From a virus: 64,000 nucleotides of DNA. Shown here one piece after another: positions 47,097 to 52,672 of the stretch (its first letter is position 1; every line of letters starts with the position of its first letter). The DNA lies in IMG/VR virus record IMGVR_UViG_3300045988_154953, one strand, 5' to 3'. A model generated the notes under the pieces. That model saw nothing but the letters and a program-made list of their open reading frames with translations, was not told the origin of the DNA and ran no database searches. Position numbers and translations under genes: made by a program.

Positions 47097-47114
47097 AAAC
47101 TAATCAATATAATT
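47097..47114 (+). repeat. 18-nt boundary motif copy R12
   Basis: AAACTAATCAATATAATT; followed by the hairpin CAAATGG/CCATTTG. Confidence 0.8.
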
Positions 47115-47144
47115 TCCAAATGGTTTAAAATTTCCATTTGTTGA

Positions 47145-47232
47145 AAGAATCTGGTGTACGGAGCACGATAAATTGTTTTATTTAATTATAAAATAATTTG
47201 TAAGAAATAAGTTCAATTCTTATTGATTCTTC
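47145..47232 (+). ncRNA. tRNA-like RNA T0 (long 12-bp hairpin in place of the anticodon arm)
   Basis: acceptor AAGAATC/GATTCTT, D arm TG-GTGT-ACGGA-GCAC, T arm ATAAG-TTCAATT-CTTAT, central AAATTGTTTTAT-TTAATT-ATAAAATAATTT. Confidence 0.45.
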
Positions 47233-47354
47233 TTTGGCTTGCTGAAGCCAATCTCATACTTTTCATTCCATATCTTCTTTATAAGCTCTGATCCAGTTTT
47301 GAAGAATACATTGGAAGATGTTCACTTACTCATCTATAAAAAAGTAAGTAATAT

Positions 47355-47437
47355 AGGAGTGTGGTGAAATTGGATAGACACCCCAGATTTTGATTCTGGT
47401 GTCGCAAGACGTGTGGGTTCGAGTCCCACCACTCCCG
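47355..47437 (+). tRNA. class II (long variable arm) tRNA, apparent anticodon UUG
   Basis: acceptor AGGAGTG/CACTCCC (A1:C72 mismatch), 3-bp D stem GTG/CAC with GG loop, AC arm CCAGA-TTTTGAT-TCTGG, variable arm TGTCGCAAGACGT, T arm GTGGG-TTCGAGT-CCCAC, G73; no encoded CCA. Confidence 0.7.
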
Positions 47438-47636
47438 CTATGAACAAACTCCGAAGTACAAGGATAGTAGTTCAGAATGGATCCATAAAACAATTAAAAC
47501 ATCAAAAATACGCTGTTTTATTTCTTTATATTTAAATCTCGGTTTGGAGTTTGTAAGAAACAGTCTTTAGGTTACGTTAATATCTAGAAAACTTACCGGA
47601 GTTCGGCACTCTGGAGTGGATGTCTACCACTCAAGT

Positions 47637-47706
47637 TGCACTGCTAATGGATTAGCTGCTAAGTAGTCATTGGCCATGCAGAAAGGTTCGATTCCTTTCA
47701 GTGCAA
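47637..47706 (+). ncRNA. tRNA-like RNA T2 (irregular D/anticodon region)
   Basis: acceptor TGCACTG/CAGTGCA and T arm AAAGG-TTCGATT-CCTTT are perfect. The best anticodon arm is GCTAA-GTAGTCA-TTGGC (AGU, C37), which is non-standard. Confidence 0.4.
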
Positions 47707-47963
47707 TTAAATTCTTTATTTCAGAGAAGTGAATAATCAGCATTAGGCTTAACACAAATGATAAGCATAAACTTGTTGCCAAGTGATTCTTGTAAAAAGA
47801 TTATAGAGTAAACTATTAAAAATCCTGCAAATAATCTCGTAGATCAGAGATTATCAGATATCTAGTCAATAAAAGGCGTTCACGACATCTGACAGAGAAT
47901 ATTAATTATTATGAAATGTATAAAATTAATGCGGATCATTTGCTTAGAATCATGATTCAGGTT

Positions 47964-48026
47964 TGTTCATTGGTGTAAAGGTGCATATCAGAAATGATGG
48001 TTCTGGTTCGACTCCAGAATGAACAA
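47964..48026 (+). ncRNA. tRNA-like RNA T3, only 63 nt, no pairable anticodon stem
   Basis: acceptor TGTTCAT/ATGAACA, D arm TG-GTGT-AAAGGT-GCAT, T arm TCTGG-TTCGACT-CCAGA; only 15 nt between the D and T arms. Confidence 0.45.
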
Positions 48027-48126
48027 TTATCTCATAAGTAGAAATGAGATGTGAGGACGCTATCCAAAATATAAGAAATAGTAAGCTTATGGATTGCTTG
48101 TACAAATATGCTGAAAATCCACACTT

Positions 48127-48200
48127 AGGAAATTAGCTCAGTTGGTGAGAGCGGCGGCCTTATAAGCCGTGTGTGCTGGGTTCAAGTCCCAGATTTCCTA
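48127..48200 (+). tRNA. tRNA-Ile (anticodon UAU)
   Basis: AGGAAAT-TA-GCTC-AGTTGGTGA-GAGC-G-GCGGC-CTTATAA-GCCGT-GTGTG-CTGGG-TTCAAGT-CCCAG-ATTTCCT-A; anticodon 48161-48163; no encoded CCA. Confidence 0.85.
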
Positions 48201-48387
48201 TTCAATATAAAATAAGTATAAATGAACCATATAAAATATTCATATGTCATTCACTCCTGTTTTTACATACAATCTTTTTGGTTCATTAAATTCTATTTTG
48301 TATTTAGGCGATTTCTGCAATTCAAAGAAATTATAAAGTTATAATTAGACTTAAAATCTAATCGATAAAATTATATCGTCTAGTAAT

Positions 48388-48456
48388 GGCTTCATGGCGT
48401 AAAGGTTAGCGCAATAATCTAGTAATGAGGATCTGGTTCGAATCCAGATGAAGCCA
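48388..48456 (+). ncRNA. tRNA-like RNA T5, 69 nt, no pairable anticodon stem
   Basis: acceptor GGCTTCA/TGAAGCC, D arm TG-GCGT-AAAGGTTA-GCGC, T arm TCTGG-TTCGAAT-CCAGA. The centre AATAATCTAGTAATGAGGA cannot form a 5-bp stem; paralog of T3. Confidence 0.45.
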
Positions 48457-48504
48457 GCAGTATTTATTACTGTAATTCTTTTATATACCCTCCAATACAA
48501 CAGA

Positions 48505-48558
48505 TAGACACTAACAGCAATTTTTACATATGGTATTAAAAATATTTATGGTGTCTAG
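48505..48558 (+). ncRNA. ACAGCAA-module RNA S1 (stand-alone)
   Basis: TAGACAC-TA-ACAGCAA-[TTTTTACATA tgg TATTAAAAA hairpin]-TATTTATG-GTGTCTA-G. Confidence 0.6.
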
Positions 48559-48564
48559 AATATG

Positions 48565-48682
48565 GAAGACGTAGGGAAGTGGCCAAACCCAACAAAGAAT
48601 AGTGGTTAGCTACTTAATCGCTTACAGCAAAGTTAATTGTAAAACAGGCAAGTTTTCGTGAGTTCGAATCTCACCGTCTTCC
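48565..48682 (+). ncRNA. tRNA body T6 (class II-like) with the ACAGCAA module in the anticodon position
   Basis: acceptor GAAGACG/CGTCTTC, D GGG-AAGTGGCCAAA-CCC, ACAA...TTGT flanks 41 nt containing CTT-ACAGCAA, variable arm AAAAC-AGGCAA-GTTTT, T arm GTGAG-TTCGAAT-CTCAC. Confidence 0.55.
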
Positions 48683-48688
48683 AAACCT

Positions 48689-48811
48689 CGTCAGATAGTT
48701 TCAATTGGTAAAACACTGCTTAAATCAAATGTGATTAGTTAATTAATCACTAACAGCAATATTCTTATGATGGGCCTGGCAGAACTATAGGTTCGAATCC
48801 TATTCTGGCGA
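48689..48811 (+). ncRNA. tRNA body T7 with a 57-nt insert replacing the anticodon loop
   Basis: CGTCAGA-TA-GTTT-CAATTGGTA-AAAC-A-CTGCT[57 nt: ...GTGATTA-gttaat-TAATCAC-TA-ACAGCAA...]GGCAG-AACT-ATAGG-TTCGAAT-CCTAT-TCTGGCG-A. Confidence 0.6.
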
Positions 48812-48813
48812 TT

Positions 48814-48871
48814 TAGACGGATACAGCAATTTAATGGATAAGACTTTTAATCTTAATACCAAGCCGTCTAG
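48814..48871 (+). ncRNA. ACAGCAA-module RNA S2 (stand-alone)
   Basis: TAGACGG-AT-ACAGCAA-[34 nt with a TAAGA/TCTTA hairpin]-CCGTCTA-G; starts 2 nt after T7. Confidence 0.6.
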
Positions 48872-48877
48872 TATATG

Positions 48878-48992
48878 AGGAATATAGCTCAGTTGGTAGA
48901 GCATCGGACAATACAAAAAAGAGTCTAGTTATAGACTTGAACAGCAAATTATAAAACTCTGACTGTCGTTGGTTCGAATCCAACTATTCCTC
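48878..48992 (+). ncRNA. tRNA body T8 with a 49-nt insert replacing the anticodon loop
   Basis: AGGAATA-TA-GCTC-AGTTGGTA-GAGC-A-TCGGA[49 nt: ...GAGTCTA-gtta-TAGACTT-GA-ACAGCAA...]TCTGA-CTGTC-GTTGG-TTCGAAT-CCAAC-TATTCCT-C. Confidence 0.6.
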
Positions 48993-48994
48993 AT

Positions 48995-49060
48995 TAGGTG
49001 CAATTACAGCAAAAAGAAAAGCGTATAATTTGGGATTATAATAGCAAAAACTGCACCTAG
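48995..49060 (+). ncRNA. ACAGCAA-module RNA S3 (stand-alone)
   Basis: TAGGTGCA-ATT-ACAGCAA-[TATAAT ttggg ATTATA hairpin]-TGCACCTA-G; starts 2 nt after T8. Confidence 0.6.
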
Positions 49061-49066
49061 TTTGTC

Positions 49067-49193
49067 AAGTGGGTAGCTCAGTGGTAGAGCACGATAATAA
49101 GATAATGTGTCGAGTACTTTAGTGACACTTACAGCAATTTTTCTTTTTTGCATTTTAAGCACGATGTCGTAGGTTCGAGTCCTGCCCCACTTG
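49067..49193 (+). ncRNA. tRNA body T9 with the ACAGCAA module inserted between the D arm and the variable loop
   Basis: AAGTGGG-TA-GCTC-AGTGGTA-GAGC...GTGTC-(12)-GACAC-TT-ACAGCAA...ATGTC-GTAGG-TTCGAGT-CCTGC-CCCACTT-G. 8-nt direct repeat AGCACGAT at 49088 and 49158; a possible weak UUU arm TTTGC-ATTTTAA-GCACG. Confidence 0.55.
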
Positions 49194-49196
49194 TTT

Positions 49197-49269
49197 TAGA
49201 TGATAACAGCAATTCACGAAAATATAAACACATTTATTAAACAAGTATAAAAGTTATAAAATCATCTAG
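49197..49269 (+). ncRNA. ACAGCAA-module RNA S4 (stand-alone)
   Basis: TAGATGA-TA-ACAGCAA-[49 nt]-TCATCTA-G; starts 3 nt after T9. Confidence 0.6.
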
Positions 49270-49276
49270 CGATTAT

Positions 49277-49335
49277 AAGACAGTTACAGCAACACTATTA
49301 TATAAAAGACTTAAAATTTAAAACAAAACTGTCTT
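49277..49335 (+). ncRNA. ACAGCAA-module RNA S5 (stand-alone)
   Basis: AAGACAGTT-ACAGCAA-[34 nt]-AACTGTCTT (9-bp perfect closing helix). Confidence 0.55.
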
Positions 49336-49341
49336 GGAATC

Positions 49342-49359
49342 AAAGTAACTTTACAACAA
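49342..49359 (+). promoter_or_regulatory. module-like leader element of the vWA gene
   Basis: AAAG-TAA-CTTT mini-hairpin followed directly by ACAACAA; about 10 nt upstream of the AAAGGAGA RBS. Confidence 0.35.
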
Positions 49360-49384
49360 TTTTGGTTCAAAGGAGAATAAATTT

Positions 49385-50938
49385 ATGTTTATGAACGATT
49401 TAAAAGAAACGTTAAATGAAGATTTTAATGAATCTATCACCGAAAATAATGCCAATGGTTATAGAACAACAGGAAAAGAACTGTTGGATATGAACTTTAT
49501 GGTATCTTCGATGAGAAAAATGAGTGATAAACAAATTATTGATAAATTTGTAAAAGCTTTCTATGAAAATAAAATGTATGCAATTAAATGGTTGTATTAC
49601 GTAAGGGATGCTCGTGAGGGAGTTGGCGAGAGAAGATTGTTCAGAGTTTGTATGGAATATCTTGCAAAGAATCATACAGACATTGCAAAAGCCATGATCC
49701 CTTTGACAGCTGAATATGGTCGTTGGGATGACTTATTATCTTTACTTGATACAGAATTAGCTGACAATGTTATTAAATTATTTGGTGATCAGCTTACTGA
49801 AGATATGAAAAACTTGAAATCAAATAAACCTATTTCATTATTAGGTAAATGGATGCCTAGCTGCAATGCATCATCTAGAAAAACTAGAAAACTGGGTGTA
49901 GAGATTGCGGAAAAGCTTGGTATTTCTGAAAGGAAGTATAGAAAGATGCTTTCTGCCATCAGAAAATATCTTGACGTTGTAGAAGTTAAAATGGCTGCAG
50001 GACAATGGGATCAGATTGATTATTCAAAAGTTTCCTCAAGAGCTAATTTAATTTATAATAACGCTTTTCTGAGACATGATGAAGAACGTAGACGTAAATA
50101 CCTTGAAAGCTTGCAAAAAGGCGAAACAAAGATTAATGCCGGTGTATTATTTCCACATGATATTGTACATAAGTATTATAACTTAGATTATTGGCGTATC
50201 AATATTAAAAATTATGATACAGCACTTGAAGAAATGTGGAAGGCATTACCAGATTATGTGAATGGTGCTGGTAATACAATTTGTGTTGCTGATGGGTCTG
50301 GAAGTATGTACACAAGAGTAGGTGGCACAAATGTAATGGCGATTGAAGTAGCAAATGCTTTAGCAATTTATTTTTCCGAAAGATGCTCTGGACAGTTTAA
50401 GGATAATTATATAACCTTTAGTATGAATCCGAAACTTGTTAGTTTTAGTAGAGCTAAATCTTTAAAAGAGAAAATAGAAATTGCTTTAAAACACACCGAA
50501 TGTGCTAATACGAATATTGAAGCCGTATTTGATTTGATTCTTAAAACAGCAATTAGAAAAAATATGAAACAGGATGAATTACCGCAGAATATATTGATTT
50601 TATCGGACATGGAGTTCGATAGTTGTGTTGAATACAATAGAAGTAGCAGATGTAATCTCAATAGACCTACCAAAAGATTATTTAAAGTATTTGAAGAAAG
50701 ATATGCTGAACATGGCTATAAACTTCCAAGATTAGTATTTTGGAATATTTGTAGTAGAACTGGTACAATTCCTGTAAAAGAAAATGATTTAGGTGTAGCA
50801 CTTGTAAGTGGTTTCAGTCCGGCAGTTGTTAAGATGGTACTTAGTAATAGTACAGATCCACTTGAATGTTTACTTGAACAGTTGAATTCAGAAAGATATC
50901 AGCCGGTAGAAGATGCAATCAAGGATTTAGTTGCTTAA
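49385..50938 (+). CDS. large helical N-domain + C-terminal vWA/MIDAS protein (DUF2828-like; Ro60/TROVE-like layout)
   Basis: 517 aa; about 290 aa of predicted helical repeats (YGRWDDLLSLL, GKWMPS, LFPHDIV), then MIDAS CVADGSGSM and LILSDMEFD. Family name is from memory, not searched. Confidence 0.6.
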   Translation: MFMNDLKETLNEDFNESITENNANGYRTTGKELLDMNFMVSSMRKMSDKQIIDKFVKAFYENKMYAIKWLYYVRDAREGVGERRLFRVCMEYLAKNHTDIAKAMIPLTAEYGRWDDLLSLLDTELADNVIKLFGDQLTEDMKNLKSNKPISLLGKWMPSCNASSRKTRKLGVEIAEKLGISERKYRKMLSAIRKYLDVVEVKMAAGQWDQIDYSKVSSRANLIYNNAFLRHDEERRRKYLESLQKGETKINAGVLFPHDIVHKYYNLDYWRINIKNYDTALEEMWKALPDYVNGAGNTICVADGSGSMYTRVGGTNVMAIEVANALAIYFSERCSGQFKDNYITFSMNPKLVSFSRAKSLKEKIEIALKHTECANTNIEAVFDLILKTAIRKNMKQDELPQNILILSDMEFDSCVEYNRSSRCNLNRPTKRLFKVFEERYAEHGYKLPRLVFWNICSRTGTIPVKENDLGVALVSGFSPAVVKMVLSNSTDPLECLLEQLNSERYQPVEDAIKDLVA

Positions 50939-50944
50939 AAAGAA

Positions 50945-51010
50945 TAGATACGCACAGCAATTAAGAAGTTTGGTTTAGGTTCACATCCTTTTTCAAATAT
51001 TTGTATCTAG
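50945..51010 (+). ncRNA. ACAGCAA-module RNA S7 (stand-alone, 3' of the vWA gene)
   Basis: TAGATAC-GC-ACAGCAA-[42 nt incl. T-loop-like AGG-TTCACAT-CCT]-GTATCTA-G. Confidence 0.55.
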
Positions 51011-51035
51011 ATAAAAAATAGAAACGTTAAAAGTT

Positions 51036-51064
51036 ATGCGTCAGTAAAGTTGCTGACGCATTTT
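51036..51064 (+). terminator. rho-independent terminator closing the RNA/vWA operon
   Basis: ATGCGTCAG-taaagttg-CTGACGCAT followed by TTT. Confidence 0.7.
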
Positions 51065-51081
51065 ACAAATAGGAGAAGTAA

Positions 51082-51372
51082 ATGGTTTTTTGTAGTGATG
51101 ATAGAAAAGAATTAATTGTGACATGTAAATGTGGATGCCAGGATTCAATTCATGTGAAAATAGATAAAGAAAGTCCAGACTATTATTGTTTGGTTACTTA
51201 TATGAATGGTAATTGGAGTAGAGATCAAGGAGATAAGATTCATAGAACAATTGGAAGAAAACTTAAGAAAATCTGGAGTATTATTCGCAATAAAGATTAC
51301 TATTATTCAGATATTATTATGAGAAAGTCAGATTTCAAGATATTAAAAAATTATATTAATGAGATTGAGTAG
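51082..51372 (+). CDS. hypothetical Cys-rich protein
   Basis: TAGGAGAAG RBS; CKCGC motif. Confidence 0.55.
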   Translation: MVFCSDDRKELIVTCKCGCQDSIHVKIDKESPDYYCLVTYMNGNWSRDQGDKIHRTIGRKLKKIWSIIRNKDYYYSDIIMRKSDFKILKNYINEIE

Positions 51373-52377
51373 ATGCACATGTTACAAATTTTAGAATTGT
51401 TTGGTGGTATTGGAAGTCCAAGAGTAGCACTTCGCAATTTAGGTATTCCAGTAAAAGCCATTGACTATGTTGAAATTGATGCAAAGGCTGTAAGAAGTTA
51501 TAATGCAATGTTCGCATCGGAACTTCCTTATAAAACACAATCAGTTATTGGTTATAATTTACAACCAGATATCCTTATACATGGGAGTCCATGTCAGACC
51601 TTCAGTATAGCTGGTCATCAAGGTGGATTAACAAAAGAAAACGGTCGTATAAATAGAGGTGCCGGGGCTGATGAAGGATCTGGTTCGCAGTCATCTCTTA
51701 TGTGGGAAACAGTTAATATTATAAAACAAATGGGTGAATGGAAACCTAAAATTGTCATTTGGGAAAATGTAAAGAATATAACAAGCAAATATATGATACA
51801 TAATTTTGTTAAGTATCTTAACGTAATGGAAGAAATGGGATATACAAATTCATATGAATGTCTAGATGCAAGAGATTTTGGAATACCACAAGCGAGAGAA
51901 AGGGTATTTACAATTTCCTGTTTAAATGGCACAAAATTTAATTTTAAAACTTTGAAACATACTAAAATGAGACCTTTACAGAATTTTTTAGAAGATAATG
52001 TTTCTGAAAGATATTTAGTAACGCAGCCAAGTATTCTTTCTACCATCGGCAATACAAAAACGATCAAGAGAGCAACCGTAATTAAAGATTATGTATATAC
52101 AATTACAGAACGTCAAGATAGATGCCCGGCACAAATTATTGATGTTGGAAATGGCAAGTATAGATTTTTAACAGAATTAGAATGTTGGAGATTATTTGGA
52201 TATTCAGATGATGACTATTATGCTGCGGAAGCTGCTAATCCAAAACGTAAGAATGCGATTGTGAATAGAACTTTGTATCGACAAGCTGGTAATAGCATAG
52301 TGGTTCCAATATTTGAATCTATATTTGAACAGTGTTTAGATATATTAAATTATAATAAAGCAACAGTAGAGGAATAA
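51373..52377 (+). CDS. DNA (cytosine-5)-methyltransferase
   Basis: motif I LFGGIGS, IV GSPCQTFS, VI WENVKN, VIII QARERVF, X GNSIVVP. Confidence 0.85.
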   Translation: MHMLQILELFGGIGSPRVALRNLGIPVKAIDYVEIDAKAVRSYNAMFASELPYKTQSVIGYNLQPDILIHGSPCQTFSIAGHQGGLTKENGRINRGAGADEGSGSQSSLMWETVNIIKQMGEWKPKIVIWENVKNITSKYMIHNFVKYLNVMEEMGYTNSYECLDARDFGIPQARERVFTISCLNGTKFNFKTLKHTKMRPLQNFLEDNVSERYLVTQPSILSTIGNTKTIKRATVIKDYVYTITERQDRCPAQIIDVGNGKYRFLTELECWRLFGYSDDDYYAAEAANPKRKNAIVNRTLYRQAGNSIVVPIFESIFEQCLDILNYNKATVEE

Positions 52378-52457
52378 TAATTAAATGAAGATTTTCAATT
52401 TTGGATTACATCTATTATCCATTGGAAATTTAGATGTTGTTAAAGTAGGAGGAAAAA

Positions 52458-52670
52458 ATGGATTGGATTAAATGTAGCGATAAACTTCCAGAAAATGACG
52501 AAAGATTTACAAATAGGAAAGCAATAGATGTATTAGTTACTACTAAATACAAAAGAGTAAGAAAAGTGCAACGAATATACGATAAATATTCAGGTATGTG
52601 GCATTGGAGTGGAAAAGCTAATTTACCAATTGCTTGGATGTATATGCCGGAACCTTATAAAGGAGATTAG
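52458..52670 (+). CDS. DUF551-like phage protein
   Basis: MDWIKCSDKLPEND...WHW...PIAWMYMPEPYKG matches the remembered DUF551 pattern. Confidence 0.5.
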   Translation: MDWIKCSDKLPENDERFTNRKAIDVLVTTKYKRVRKVQRIYDKYSGMWHWSGKANLPIAWMYMPEPYKGD

Positions 52671-52672
52671 AG

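Noticed and set aside
47116-47140. Hairpin CAAATGG-(10 nt)-CCATTTG just after the array promoter as a terminator or attenuator
   Set aside because: No U-run follows it and the tRNA-like unit T0 starts 5 nt later. It is more likely part of the processed leader.
48565-49193. Group I/II introns or archaeal-type BHB introns in T6-T9
   Set aside because: The inserts are only 41-57 nt, too short for self-splicing introns. I could not draw a bulge-helix-bulge motif. No excision restores a 7-nt loop with U33/R37. Protein-dependent splicing of a new type is kept as a hypothesis only.
48505-49335. The ACAGCAA array as a CRISPR array
   Set aside because: Only a 7-nt core is constant. Spacing is irregular (65-129 nt). 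The units are closed by unit-specific complementary helices and alternate with tRNA bodies. No cas genes are present.
47012-51064. Known small self-cleaving ribozymes (hammerhead, HDV-like/theta, twister, pistol, hatchet) next to the tRNAs
   Set aside because: I saw no CUGAUGA...GAAA hammerhead core and no G+C-rich nested double pseudoknot typical of HDV-like ribozymes. The modules are simple AU-rich stem/loop units. This cannot be excluded without a covariance-model scan.
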